64,000 nucleotides of DNA from the human T2T-CHM13v2.0 reference genome, Homo sapiens. This document shows, one piece after another, positions 12,611-30,480 of the stretch (the stretch's first letter is position 1; the number at the start of each line of letters is the position of its first letter). Position numbers and translations under genes: made by a program. The stretch covers positions 384,001 through 448,000 of the forward strand of contig CP068257.2 in the NCBI GenBank assembly GCA_009914755.4, given 5' to 3'. The notes beneath the pieces were generated by a model. That model saw only the letters and a program-made list of their open reading frames with translations, ran no database searches and was not told where the DNA came from.

Positions 12611-12895
12611 AGAATGCTGGGGTGATCAGACCCAAAACAAGGTCATGGGGGTGACAAAGTCCGGTGGAGTTAAAGGAATGAGAAAAAGACAGTTTGAGAG
12701 AGAAAGTGGGACCAGGGGACCATCACAAGTGTGGAGTCTGCAAAGTCCCCAAGCTCTGGGAGCCCACGCTATTTATTGGTGCTCAAACAAAGAAACAGGT
12801 GGTGAGGATGTGGGGGTTGAAAGGAAACGGAGTATCAAGTGAATGAGAAACATATGGCCCTGCCTCAGCTTCTCTTCCAACACTCAGCTTTTCTC
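12611..12895 (-). mobile_element. Partial LTR (R/U5 portion) of the distal HERV-K-like provirus
   Basis: Lies immediately 5' (minus strand) of the Lys-PBS. Contains AATAAA-like CACCAATAAATAGCGTGGGCTCCCAG, similar to the corresponding segment of the 10330-10860 LTR. Ends where old L1 ORF2 sequence begins. Confidence 0.55.
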
Positions 12896-13830
12896 CCAAC
12901 ACATTCCCCTTAAGAACAGGAATAAAATAGGGATGCCTGTTCTCACCACTCCTGTTCAACAAGTCCTAGCCAGAGCAATCAGGCAAGAGAAAGAGATAAA
13001 ATGCATCCAAATAGGAAATGAAGTCAAATTATCTCTCTTCACTGATGATATGATTCTACACCTAGAAAACCCTAAAGACTGTGCCAAAAGGCTCCTAGAA
13101 CTGATAAAAAAACTTCAGCGAAGTTTCAGGATGAAAAAATCAACATAGAAAAAGAAGTAGCATTTCTGTACACCAAAAATGTTTAAACTGAGAGGTAAGT
13201 CAAGAGTGCAATCCTGTTTACAACAGCAACCCCCAAAATAAAATAAAAGAAGAATATGTCTAACCAAGGAGGTAAAGGATATCTAAAAGGAGAACTATAA
13301 AACACTGCAGAAAGAAATCATAGATGACAAAACAAATGGAAAACCATTCCATGCTCATGGATTAGAAAGAGCAATATTGTTAGAATGGCTATACTGCCAA
13401 AAGCAATCTACACATTCAACATTATTCCTATGAAACAACCAATGTCGTTTTTCACAGAATCAGAAAAAAACTATTCTAAATTTCGTATGGATTTTTAAAG
13501 AGCCCAGACAACCAAAGGAAACCTAAGCAAGAAGAACAAAGCTGGAGACATCACATTACTTGACTTCATACTATACCCTAAGGCCACAGTAGACAAAATA
13601 GCATGGTGGCGATATGAAAACAGACACAAAGACCAATGCAACAGAATAGAGAACCCCAAAATAAACATGCACCTACAGCCATCAGCTTTCCCAGGATAAC
13701 ACAAATAGAGCCAAGTGGCACCTGCACATTACACTGTGGAAGAAAAACCCAAGCTCAAGAAAGCCAAACTTGTATTATGGGAAGTTGACTTGGCTGTACC
13801 CTTCCCAAGAGGGAGAAATTATCTGCATTA
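12896..13830 (+). mobile_element. Old L1 (L1M/L1PB-like) ORF2 fragment, sense
   Basis: Plus ORF 12843..13148 reads ...[49 protein letters not shown], the L1 ORF2 RT region. Downstream frames continue with the L1 ORF2 motifs [15 protein letters not shown] and ITLLDFILYPKATVDKIAWW. The 3' boundary is uncertain. Confidence 0.7.
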
Positions 13831-16800
13831 TACTAGACAGTAAATAAAATTTTCCTTTGTTCCAGAAGGAGGTACTGGTTTTCTATTCCAAGGGTGTTTT
13901 CTATACAAACATGCTTGAAAATAATCATTTGGAACAAGAAAGTCATCGTCCACACTTGCAAAATGTGTGGAAATTAAAGAGATCCAAAAACTGTTTCTCT
14001 ACCAATTTCTATGTTTTAAAAATCACATTTTCCCCATATAATAAGCTTTTAATATGTGATCATGTTCTGAAATTGTCTTAGCATGTACCTCCATATCTGA
14101 GTCCAGAAGGATACAATAAATTTAATTAAATTTAGTAACACTTCAAATAGTAGTGATTGTAATAGCAGAGCTAGTTTGTAGCATAAGGAAAAAATAATTA
14201 TATTATTAGGTGACACAAATAATGCTAGCCACCATTTCTAAGTGTCATGGTAAGTACAGTGATTATTTTCTTTTTTCTGAATCTTTTTTATTGTATTTTA
14301 TTTTTTTTTCCCATAGGTTATTGTGGTATGGTGGTATTTGGTTCCATGAATAAGTTCTTTACTGGTTATTTGTGAGATTTGGGTGCACCCATCTCCCGAA
14401 CCGTGAAATGAGTTCAAATGAATTGTCAAACGTATGTGGGAAAAGTGGAATCAGTTTGTGAGAAAAAGCAAAAAACTCAACAGAAATGCTGATAAAGCAT
14501 CATCCCTTCATGGCTAGCGCTGCCAGGACACTAGAACACCAAAATCAGCTAGGGAAATTTTGTAGAAGTCCCAGATGTACTAAATGTTCTGTGAATACAC
14601 AGAGATATAATTATAACTGTTACCTGCATGTAGAGTAAAGATGAGAAGGCATTGGTCTTGGTGGCAGCTACCTCAGGAGTTACAAAGCAGACGTGGTCCC
14701 AGGACAGTATATGTCAGGGCAAAGCTGTCCTCAGAGGCTATTAGGAGCTGGTTATGGCACAGACATTGTAAGTCAGATGGTCTCATTACTTTCAATGACA
14801 AAACCAAAATTACTTTTGCATCAGCCTAATACAACGGCCTGGCAAGAGCACAGAAAAAGTCCCTGTGCTGTTAGGTGGGGACCTCTGATGCAGCACAATT
14901 CCTTCATTCCCTTCTCCAAAACCCCCTCTTCCAATTCCACTGAAGAGAGAATCTGATGGAAGTCCTGTGTAAGCAGGCTCAGATATAACTACCACTATAG
15001 ACAGTAGAGGTGATTCATAAATCCAAGCCTATCAAATACATCATAAATAAGTTACACGTTTAATTTTTTTTTGAAATTAGGGATCATGATATAAAAGTTA
15101 TCAGAATCAAAACTGTCACTAATGTTTAAAAAGAAAAGAAAAAACCTGGACAAATCGATTCAGAGAAGGCCTTGAAGAGAGGGTTCTCGTGCTTCTAGGC
15201 CTGATACAAACTATCACAAAATACCACAAAATCCACAACCTTGCACAAAGGCCATAGCGACCTTACACAAAATACACTTCTGTGAGGACATGTATCCAGC
15301 AACCGCCTGCCCAAACTTCAACTGACATCGACCTTGTTGTTGATCTTTATAGTCAAAGGTAACTATATCAAAACAATTATAGAAGCCTCTTCATTTTTCC
15401 TTTATTTATTTTTTTCTACTCCCCCATAATTCCAGGTTGATCGCTTTTCTTTTAAAGACCTTGTCTTCCTTTACCATTTGAATCTACACAGTTTGCTTTG
15501 TCATGCATATTCCCATTGCAGTGCCCTCCTCCCTAAGATGTGTCTTTTTCGTTTAGAGAGCCTTTCTGTTTGTTATTTAGGTTTACAATGAGAAGACGTG
15601 TAAAGTATTTTTACTGTCTTCCTAGGAAAAAATCACTGACTTACAATATTTATATTTATTTATTTACATTCCTGGGGATGAGGAATTAAAGATTTCACAA
15701 ATTTTCTTATTGAGAAGATCGAAGTTTTCATGTAAGCAAAACTGAATATGTAAATTATGCTGCAGATAATATGCTCAAATGTTTACTTGTATTTAATTTG
15801 TTACACATGAATATTGCATATGTAAGATAATATACTAAGAAATTATCACATTTAATGAAATGCTTTAATCAAATTCCTGATTGAATTTTTGATATCAATA
15901 TATTTTTCCTTGTTTAATCCATCTTTAGAGTGAACAGGGCTGTCTAGGCCAAAGTCCTCACTTCTATCTAAATTGTCTGAGTTACAGAACTTTTTGAATT
16001 TATTATGTTGTCACAGGAAGTTTCTTATTGCTTGTTTAAAGGAGTCTCTCTCAATATGATGCAGAATACAAAAGCACTGAAGGGCATATATCCTGAGTTT
16101 CTGTTACTGAAGCTAAAGGTTGCCAATTTCTTGTAGATCCTGCTAGAGTTAAACTTCATTTAAGTAATCATTAAAGGCTGCATTTATTCCCTCACTTGAA
16201 CTTTTGATTTCACACTATTAGGACTAATCCTCTAAGTCTTTGCTAAGTTATGTTCCTCCTTTTCTTGTGGCTTGACTCTGATGCTCTCTATATGCAACAT
16301 CAATTGACATAAAGTACATTCAGGGCAAGAGAGTTTCTTTAAATATTACTTTGTTATTCAAAATAATCACAAAAGCACTCATCGTAGGAAAACTTGTGAG
16401 GACTCAAATATAGGGAAATACTTTTTCTTTCTAAGGCACAATTCTCTAAAGAAGTTCACCTTAATTTGAATATACATGGGAAAATATCCTTGTTCACTAA
16501 TAGTCTATATTCACTCTGTTTTCTTCCCTCATAGACCAGCCGGTTCACTATTATTCTCCAAATGATGCGTGCCTCCCTAGAGTCCAGGCTATCTGCATAT
16601 CTAATTTTTCCCACAAATTACTGTTTTGAATTGCACTGAATTCAATTCAAGGGGATGTCATTTATAAACAGTGCAAATATATACTGCACGAGGGATCTTA
16701 GAAATCATACACATGGTTTGATCCATAAGCTCATATGAGCGTGCAATGTCAAGTTTTTTCGTGTTTTTTTAAATCCACTTAAATTCTATTTTAAGCCACC

Positions 16801-17684
16801 ATCTCCCTGTGCTGGTAGGGCAGTTAGCCTTCAATCATTTTAAGATGCTCCCCTCTAAGTACTGTGATAGTGATAGAGATATCACCAGTCAGGTGTCCTA
16901 GGAAGCCGACTCCGAGTTGGAGATTTGCATGCAAGGAGGTTGAAATGATATTCCCAACACCTGTGGAAGAGTGAAAGCAATAGGATTGGGTGGAGCAGGA
17001 AGTCGGCTGGAATGCAATCACTATCATGGCCGCAGTCCACTCTACAGGGATCTTGGTGAGTTTACCTAATGAACTCGAATTGGAGCAAGAAAACCAGGCC
17101 ATTATATTTCTGTACCAAGCAGTTCTCGGATGTGGGATGCCTTGAGAAGGGACATGAACTTGGATGAAGGAACTTTACTGTGCTGTGAGTATTGTTGCCA
17201 GGAGTCAGCTGTCAACACTCCCAGGAGACGGGAAATTATGCTTTAGTCACTGAGGCAGCATCTAGTGTCAGACCACAGCCTTGTTAAACAGAGCCAGAAT
17301 TTGGAGGATGGTTGGTGGGTTTAACATTTGGGGCTTGACATCTTGTCCCCACAAGCTGCTGATGGCCTCTTCCTTGTCCATTTCTGTGTGGCCTGTTTAG
17401 GACCCCCAGCTTCCTGCTTCTTCTTTACCATATTTGGAATGCAAAAATCTACACGTAATTTGGCCCATGGTCCCTTCTGCTTAGACATATCCTTGTAGCT
17501 ATTTTTTTTAAAAGATGACTATGTCTTCTAGAATATTTCTAAGAAACTGCCTAAGTCACCACTGCTCACCAAGAGGCCTTTGTTTTTTCCTCTTCTTAAC
17601 CATGGGAAAGGAATGTAGGAGGGTAGGGAGTGGATATTTTCTAACCTGGAAAAAACTCATTTTACCCTATATAATTTTTGTTAG

Positions 17685-18226
<542 letters not shown>

Positions 18227-20639
18227 AGTGACCTTGCTTTGTAATTTTTACATCATATATCCCCTGTGTTAGACCAAGAGCTTGTAAAAGCCAGAAAACA
18301 TACACCATTTATAGTTCAATTAGAGATGTTCACTGATAAAACTGATTCTTCCATCTGAGGGTGGTATTTATAGTTACAGTAATGTAGATGACAATCTAAG
18401 TTATGTTCTATAAACTGTGTCACTGACACCTCAATCTACAGCTAACTTTAATTTTTTAAAAGCAGAGGAGTGGGTTGTATAGGTTTAGAAATGCATCCAT
18501 CAAGCTAGTTAAGTGAGATGGATTCAAACCTTCAACTCACTGGAATATTTACCAAATTGACTATTCATTAGCTAAAGGAGCCATATAAACAAGGTACTTT
18601 TTAAAATTCAAAATTATGTAAGGTTTTATTTCCTTTTTATGCAGTTATGAATTCTATTGTAGAGGTTATAAGGTAAAATAAGATTACTTTTACAGTAAAA
18701 CATGCAACATATTGTCACAAGAGGGAAGCCTTTGAACATGAATTGCTTCTCAGGAATTCCTTGAAATTTTGAGACAGTTACTTTAATTAACACAACTAAA
18801 TAATAAAACACTACAGAGGATCTAAGAAGATACTTTGACTTATGCATATTGTTACTTTTTTATTACTGGTAGTGGAAGATGTAATCCACAAGGAAGGCAA
18901 GGGCTGAATTTGTTTTATGTAAAAAGACAAATTTCTTTGGGTTTTAGCTTTCAAACATCAAGATAGTAGATCAATGTCTAAATGAGTCTATCAAAGTTCT
19001 CACACTAGCACATGTAAATCCACCTCTTATCTACCCAAAACTCTAAGCAAGCAAAGGCAAGTTGGAAGAATCAGACAAATGTAAGTGCCTAGGATACATA
19101 AATGCCACTGGATTTTGTTTTTAACTTTCAACCTCCCAAGTTTCACTAAGAGACATGTTATTTGGAGAGGTTGCTAAAGTGTAGTTGTATGATGTCTCTG
19201 TGTACGGTTGGTCTGGACTTCTTTCTGTCCAGTGGTTGCCCTTGACTGGTTAGAGTCACCTCTCTAAAGATCATGCTTACGTCCCTGGAGCAGTCCACAG
19301 CACTATCAATGTCTGACCTCCACCTTTTTCCAATTAATATTTCTGTACTTACTGAATTGGAAAACATACAGGTGTTTTTTGCCTGGTCACTTGTGGTTTT
19401 ACAACACTCCCCGCACTTCCGCACCACTGTCCCAGGTGATTTTGTTGCCAGCCAAAGTGTGAGAACTACTGGCAGCTGCTGGCAGACAGCAGCAAAGGCC
19501 CAAATCCTCTGTGTGATTTCAAGACCCCTATCTGGTTTTCAGCCATATTTCCTTCTCCTTCTCACAGCTGAGCCCACTCCTCCTCCCTCACCACCTGTAG
19601 GCTATGCTTTCCAGCCTGTGTCCAGGATTAGTCCTGATGTAAGGCACGTGGGGTTTAAGGATCTCTCTTTTCAGTCTTATTTCCGCACCATCGCTGACAG
19701 ATATATTCCAGTTGTAATCATGGGGCTACCTCCTTTTGTTTCCAGTCCCATGCTCATTTTCTCTATCACATTCTACCTTGTAATAACCTAAATCTTCTGG
19801 TGAGCAAGTTTCTTCCTCAATCAAATTTGTGTTTATGATTGTGTTGGGGATTGGCTTAGTAATCCAGGTGCTGCTGCTGCCTTGAAAGCAGAGACTGCAT
19901 CCTTCTGTCTGGATATCTTGAGTTTCTGGATTGTAAACCTTATTCGGGCCCATCTTTCCTAGAATTGGAGCCTCTACTTTGTTCTTGCTACTTTAGTTCA
20001 CCCAGAAAGCACGATCTCTGCCTGAATTTCAAAGTGTTGGCTAGCTTAAATATCCTTTTGTGAGACTTTTGTCTTCCTACGGGGTGATTTTTTCAACTTA
20101 GATACCATTGCTAATCTTTTTATCTTGAATGTAATTGAAATAGTTTTAATCTGTGTTACCAGCAACAAGAACCCCTTTTATGAGATGAAGAGGCCAGGTC
20201 AGTCTCATAACATGTGTCCCCCTCCGTGTGTTGAATTTATTTCAGAGCCAGGTTCTTTCCTATTTGACGTCTCTCACCAAATTCCAGTGTTTATGTCCTA
20301 GGAGGTGCCCAATAAATTCTAGAGTTGATACAAGCTGTAATTTTAGAGAAATTATATTAGCAAGTAGAATTAGATTATATACAACCTAATCAACTTTTTT
20401 TTTTCTGAGGATGACCAAGATTTGGGCTTCAGTGACAATAGTTGTCCCCTAAATATTTATACTCAAAATCTAGGATCACCAGTACAATGTTGAATAGAGG
20501 TGATGAACACACACATCCCTTTCTTGTCCTAATCTATGTGGTTTAAACATTTACGATTTCACCATTAAATATAGTATTGTTTATATGTTTTGTTGTGGAT
20601 GCTTTCCATCACTTCGAGAAAATTTCTTTTTCTAGCTTG

Positions 20640-21300
20640 CTGAGAGTTTTTATTTTTAAATCAGCAATAGATATTTCTCCAAAGAAAATATCCAAATGAC
20701 CAACAGATACATGAAAAAAATGCTCAGCATCACTAATCAGGGATATGCAAATCAAAACCACAAAGAGATATTGCCTCAAGCCCATTAGAATAGTCTTATT
20801 AAAAGAAAAAGATAACGAGTGTTAACAATGGGGAGAAATTGGAACACTTCTACAGTGTTTCTGGGAAAATAAAACTGTGCAGCCTCTATGGAAAACAGTA
20901 CGATGGTTCCTCAAAAAAATTAAGAAAGTAGAACCACCATATGATCTAGTAGTCTCACTTCAGGTTATTTATCTGAAAGAATTGAGATTGGGATGATTCT
21001 CAGGCTCATTGCAGCATTATTTACACTAATCAAAATGTGGAAATAAGGTTAATGTCTATTGGCAGATGAATAGATAAAGAAAATGTGGTATATTCATACA
21101 ACGGAATATTATTCAGCTTTAAAACAAGAAAGCCTGTCAATATGCAACATGGATGAACCTAGAGGACATTAATGCTAAGTAAAGTAAATCAGTCACAGAA
21201 GGACAAACTGTATGATTCCACTTGTATAAAGTATCTAAGATAGCCAAATTCATTAGAGTCACAGATTAAAATGGTGATAGCTCTTTAAGTTGAAGTCAAT
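20640..21300 (+). mobile_element. Old L1 3' end fragment (ORF2 C-terminus), sense
   Basis: The translated frame gives L1 ORF2 C-terminal motifs (…SVNNGEKLEHFYSVSGKIKLCSLYGKQYDGSSKKL…, …MSIGR.IDKENVVYSYNGILFSFK…), diverged from young L1. Confidence 0.6.
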
Positions 21301-21329
21301 TTTGCATTCCTAGGTTTTGTAATTTTGGT

Positions 21330-24900
<3,571 letters not shown>

Positions 24901-26828
24901 AATTCAAACTTTTTGTCTAACAATGTTTTAAAAAACTCTTTATTTGGAGGGAATTCTCAAATTTCTAAATACTCTACAAACATAAGTATTGGGGCTCACA
25001 TTCCCAGTTTCCCTTGTAGCCAGATGTACATATGGAACATGGCCTCAGCTAATTAAGCATACCCACATATTTGAAAGTAAGAAAAGTGTTAAGAGGAACA
25101 GTAGATATCATTTTAGTTGATGCAAGGATGGAAAAAAATAACCAACTTTCACTGGTGAACTTTGTCTTCAATCATTGTTTTCCCGTGGGTAAGTGGTTAA
25201 TTTTCTGGCCTAGAGGTGGAATTGGGGTGTTGGTAACAATTGATTTGATGATAACCTGCTTTTGTCTTTTCAAAAATTGCTAATCCACCATTGTTTCTGG
25301 TCCTCTTTTATACTTATGCAGTGTATAATCTCTCATGCAAAATTTAGTTCTTTGTTTCTCAGCTTAAACTGGATTTTGATGAGCAGTTTTCACCTTCAAA
25401 TGAAAGAAATGGCTTTGCTTGATGTTAGACAAAAATAACAAGAGGGAATTAAAGAAATATGTTTGTCATCTTGTAACATTAAATAAATGAAACTGAAAAT
25501 TCAACAATTCTGCTTCATAAAAAAATAGAAAGTTTCTACTGTTTTTCATTGTTTTCGAAGCTATATCATTAAATGAAATTTCTGCCTCATGGAAGGATTT
25601 TAGAACTATGCAATAATACCATACAGACCGTTAGGAGAGAAATGAATAAAAACTGAAAGAAGTAAGCACTGTGTGGTAACGTAGATGGCACACAGTTGTG
25701 TGCGTGGAGCCCTAATACATTTTACCATGGAATTTATACAATAAATGTTAGTTTCCTGTGAACCTGCTAATTAATATGACTTTCGCAGACATTTCCTTAA
25801 CCTAAACAGTATAGGTTTCCTGTAGATAGACTGCATGTATTCTCACCTTTAACCTTTCCATAATCTTCCCTAATTACAGATGTTGATGGTTCTTAATAGC
25901 AAAAGAACAGCAGCAGCTTATAAAGTTATATTATTTGTTTTTTACTAATATGTGAGGTGATTTTGTCTTTCATTTCACCTCTAGAGCTAATTATGTCTTC
26001 TAGGTTAACAAAAATTCCAGATCATACCATCATTAGTTTAAACTTTACAATGAACTCATTATTTCCATTTATTACTAGCCTGCATTATAGCAATATTTAG
26101 CCAATGAATTCTCAAAATATTTCTTGAAAGGTGAAAGAGTACCTCAAGTAAGTGGTGTAATTAATTTATTTATCAGAATTTTAAATTAAGTGTTCTGTTT
26201 AATCTCAAAGGGGTACCAATGAAGTTAGGGCATAAGGACTCCGTAGTTAATAAAATGGTAAGAATTAAAAAGGATTATTACATTTTTTCCTCATACTATG
26301 ATGGCTATAATTTTTTAAAACAGTAGAAATGTTTAATTTTTAAAGGCTACTAGTGTATATTTCGTTCAAAGATATGAGCTCTTCAGTTCAACTTTTTGTT
26401 TGAAATTTGAAAAGCTTTTTCTTGTTCTTGTTCAATACAGTTATTAAACAGTCTAGGCAGGCCTCCGGAGTTACATATGTGTATGTGGCTATGTGTGTAT
26501 ATATACACAGAAGTACAAATAGCATATAAACAATTTACATAAGAATTTTGCTTTTGATTAAAATTCTTCTAAAAGTGAATATAAATTAATAGCATATGGA
26601 GCCTACAGAAATTGTCTAATAGGGAAGTAGGAAAAGATAATTTGTGAAGAAAAAGTTCACTAAAACAGACTTTTTATTTTTACATGTAATAACATTATAT
26701 TGAAGGGTTTCCAGAAATATAAAATGTTATAGGGCACTTATCCTGAGACACACAAAGGAGACAAGGGATAGAGCCAGGATGGAAGTGAAAATAAAGGACA
26801 AATAGAGATAGATACTTAAGTGCAAATG

Positions 26829-27068
26829 AAACACTGCATGTTCTCACTCATAGGTGGGAATTGAACAATGAGAACACATGCACACAGGAAGGGGAACATC
26901 ACACACCAGGGCCTGTTGCGGGGTGGGGGGAGGGGGGAGGGATAGCATTTGGAGACATACCTAATGCTAAATGATGAGTTAATGGGTGCAGCACACCAAC
27001 ATGGCACATGTATACATATGTAACTAAACTACACGTTGTGCACATGTGCTCTAAAACTTAAAGTATAA
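26829..27068 (+). mobile_element. L1 (L1PA-like) extreme 3' end, 5'-truncated, sense
   Basis: AAACACTGCATGTTCTCACTCATAGGTGGGAATTGAACAATGAGAACACATGCACACAGGAAGGGGAACATCACACACCAGGGCCTGTTGCGGGGTGGGGGGAGGGGGGAGGGATAGCATT...ACCTAATGCTAAATGATGAGTTAATGGGTGCAGCACACCAACATGGCACATGTATACATATGTAAC...CTTAAAGTATAAAAAAAA. Confidence 0.9.
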
Positions 27069-29856
27069 AAAAAATCATCAAACAGGTGGTAATTTTAAAA
27101 TATGGCTTTTCCAGGCAGCAAATTTTCTGAATGTATCACAAAAGGAGATAAATTGTGTGTATATGTAGATCATGTCAATGAAATAAACAATAAATGTTAC
27201 TTATTGGAATACTGAAAGTGGTAGATAATAAATAAATTATTTATATTTATGGTAAAAGCAATCAACTTGATTTTTAGGGGGTTCAATGACTTCCTGAAAA
27301 TATTCTCTCACAGATTTTCTCAGAGTGTCTAGTTGGCAAAAGCACAGCTCCAAATAGCTATTTCTGTCAACGTCTACAGAACATTTACAGTTTGATTTCC
27401 AAAAGTTTCCATTTCTACTGACCTTACAAATTTGTAAAATGAATGCCCACCAGGACAAAATATTAAGTGATAAAATTAATTGCATCCTACAAGTGAAAAT
27501 CTAGGCAAGGAAAATCTTCCTCCTTCTTAATGAATGATTTTTATGTCTCTTCATTCTTGTCCTTCTAGGTAGAGCAACACTCTGGAGACCTTCTTTTGAG
27601 GCATTTCACCACCAGAGTAAGTGTGATGTATGACTAATTAGTCCATCCAGAGGGAGTTGGTGAAATTAAATTGGAAGTTATTTCCTAATTGGCGTATCTT
27701 GGAGTAAAATTAATCTAATAACAGCTTTTGTAAGAGAGCATAAGCTTAAAAGACAACATTTTTCATTCAACTTTACCAAACAAAGTGCAAATTTAGGCGT
27801 CCAGTTGTGAAGTTTGGTTGTGTGAGGATTGTACGGTGAAGGTACCAGTGGACAACAGTTGCTCATCAAGCAAGTTTATACAAAAGCTTTCGGACAAGTC
27901 CAACTCTAGATAAAATTCTAAAGTATTTCATGCTTGTTTTCAGAGTTTCTTTTTCTCTCTCCAAGGTAACCCACATATCAAAAGACATATGGGTTTTGGG
28001 TAGAACTTCCTAAAATTGCTGGTGAGAAGTGTGCCATGCATAAGCATACTTCACTAGCTTGAATTTTCTGTTAGTCTCACAGGATACAATTACAATCCTG
28101 TATGCTTTTCTATCTCCACACACTCCTGAACATAGAAAGACCAAGTAACATCCCTGGTTAAGATGTGTACAGGTTACAAGACATGTCTAAATATATTCAC
28201 CAAGAGGTTTATTATTTTCACAGTGGCATTCACTAAATCAGTTGTCAGTGTAGCATTACTCAAGGAATAAGCAGGGTCTTTAATTTATCAAAGTTTGGAG
28301 TGCACCCCAAGTTGGACCACTGAAGCACATAACTATAGATAAGGTCACTCAAAAGCACAAATCCAGGTAATAAATATTCACTAGTAGTTTATATGCACTT
28401 AGCAATTTGAATGCTGGGAAGTGTAGCCCAGAAAATCAATCGACATGAAGCTATTAAAGAGGCATTCATGGCACCTGCACTTTGAATCTCTTCAGACTCA
28501 GGTTAAACAGGAGACACGGTAGCTGATGTATAGTGCAAAAACCCTTCCTCTTTCCTTTTTTATCTATGAACCTGCCCTTTTCAATGTTGTCTAGATGCCT
28601 GAAGGTATGAATACCCTTGATCTTAGTAAAAAATCGTACCACCCATCAGCAAAATCTCACTGATCAGTGTCTATGTTACCTCACCGACTTAGCCTTTTGT
28701 GTTGTTGTGGCCCAGGATGACAATGTTGACACAATCCAAACCAGTAGTTGGAAAGTTAATGTTGGATGCGTCTTTGACAATTGATGGAATGACCTGAAAT
28801 CAAATGTGAGGCAGTGGAGACACAAGAATGTTATTCAGGAAGTTAGTGATCTGTGGAGATACTAAATGAAATATCTGGAAGGAATTGTAATCTTGCAACT
28901 ATGCTTTTATGTGTTTTTTGACATAAACAGTTTCTATTTATGGTGGAGCTAGAGTGTCCATTTCCCATGAAGTTCCCATAGTGTTAACTAATACAGTCGT
29001 GTGTCACTTAATGAGAGGGGTGTGTCTGAGAAATGCATTGCTGGACAATTTTATTATTGTATGAACATCACAGAGTTTACTTACACAAACCTAGATGCTA
29101 TAGCTGATTACATACCTAGGTTAGGTGGTATAACCTATTCCTCCTAGGCTACAAACCTGTGCAGCATGTTACTGTACTGAATACTGTAGGCAATTGTAAC
29201 ACAACAGTTAAGTATATCTATACTTATATATATACAGTAAGTGTATCTATACATGTCTAAACATACAAGAGGTACAGTAAAAATAGTGTTATGATTTTAT
29301 TGCACCACTGTCATACAAGTGCACTATCCTTGACCAAAATGTTGTTATGTGATGCATGACTGTAACAAAAGAATTAATTAAATATAATATTGAAGTGCCT
29401 ATTGAGATTTCAATGAAGAAAGGAATATTTGTAAATTCTGATTACCTTAAGTGGGAATTGACTTTCTTCCTGTTTCCATGGCTGTTCTTGTGAAAGAGCA
29501 TAGCTTTCCAAAGACCTGAAATCTCTGACAAATCTTGCAATTCTCTATAGCCTGCATTATGAAGGTCACTTGGTATCAAATGAGGCAAAATGGTAGATTA
29601 TAAAGACCTGTACTTTCTTGTCAGTTCCTAAACATAGCAAGCATTGGTCTATCTTGAACATTTCTGCAGTTATAAATGAGCCTTGGGTCATGATTTTCTG
29701 CCTTTTTATCGTAGACAAGATTTAATTTAGGAGATGTCCTTTTAATGCGTAATGTGAATAGTAAGTGCCACTTATGAAGACTATTTTCTTCCAGCCATTT
29801 TAATTGTCAAATCTGTCCAGTCAAGATGCATTGTTAGAGGCTTCACTGACAACACC

Positions 29857-29858
<2 letters not shown>

Positions 29859-29893
<35 letters not shown>
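29859..29893. repeat. (GT)n microsatellite
   Basis: About 17 uninterrupted GT units. Confidence 0.95.
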
Positions 29894-29895
<2 letters not shown>

Positions 29896-30306
29896 CATGC
29901 ATATGATTGAGCAGGATTTATTGTAAGTCAAGACAGCCTCAAATTTCTTAGGACAATACAGCTTCCTTGGCCATTCCCTTGGAGCTCTGAGTTGAGGAGC
30001 TGGTGATGTGTATTTCTTTTGCATGTTCTCCACATTATCCCTATGCAGGACTTCCATGGGCTTGGTTTTGGAACCAGTGATGAGGAAGATCATTAGAATT
30101 GTTGTTCTCAAAAAGCTTCCTCCATTCTTCTGTATAAGCAATGGCAATTTTCCCAGACCAATATTTCTTCTTTTGAAATGGTAAATTTTGAATATTAACT
30201 GGTTAGTATAATCCCATAAAATAACAAAGTTTGAGCCCTATGATCTGTGTTTTAGGCTAAAGTTGAGTTTTATGCTAAATCATCATTTACTCCTTGTATG
30301 ATCTTA

Positions 30307-30480
30307 TTTTTTTTTTTTTTTTTTTGAGACAGAGTCTCACACTGTCACTCAGGCTGGAGTACAGTGGCACAATTTTGGCTTACAGCAAGCTCTGCCTCCC
30401 AGGTGCACACCATCCTTCTGTTTCAGCCTCCTGAGTAGCTGGGGCTACAGGTGCCCGCCACCACACCCGGCTAATTGTTT
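30307..30480 (-). mobile_element. Alu SINE fragment (antisense; 3' half only)
   Basis: A 19 bp T-run then GAGACAGAGTCTCACACTGTCACTCAGGCTGGAGTACAGTGGCACAATTTTGGCTTACAGCAAGCTCTGCCTCCCAGG...CCACACCCGGCTAATT, after which Alu homology stops. Confidence 0.85.

Larger units (their letters stand above)
6931..12895 (-). mobile_element. Degraded HERV-K (class II, betaretrovirus-like) proviral complex: partial pol, pro/dUTPase, gag, LTR, second gag, PBS, partial LTR
   Basis: Minus-strand ORF fragments carry recognisable retroviral domains (detailed in the next entries) in the order, 5' to 3' on the minus strand, LTR-PBS-gag2-LTR-gag1-pro-pol. HERV-K(HML) assignment: gag starts MGQ, a dUTPase sits in pro, and the PBS is Lys-like. 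The specific HML group is undetermined. Confidence 0.8.

Noticed and set aside
16840-17460. Possible solitary LTR (MaLR-like), suggested by vague similarity of motifs and a 92 aa antisense ORF
   Set aside because: I could not match terminal TG…CA ends or any specific LTR consensus from memory, so I left it unannotated. RepeatMasker would settle it.
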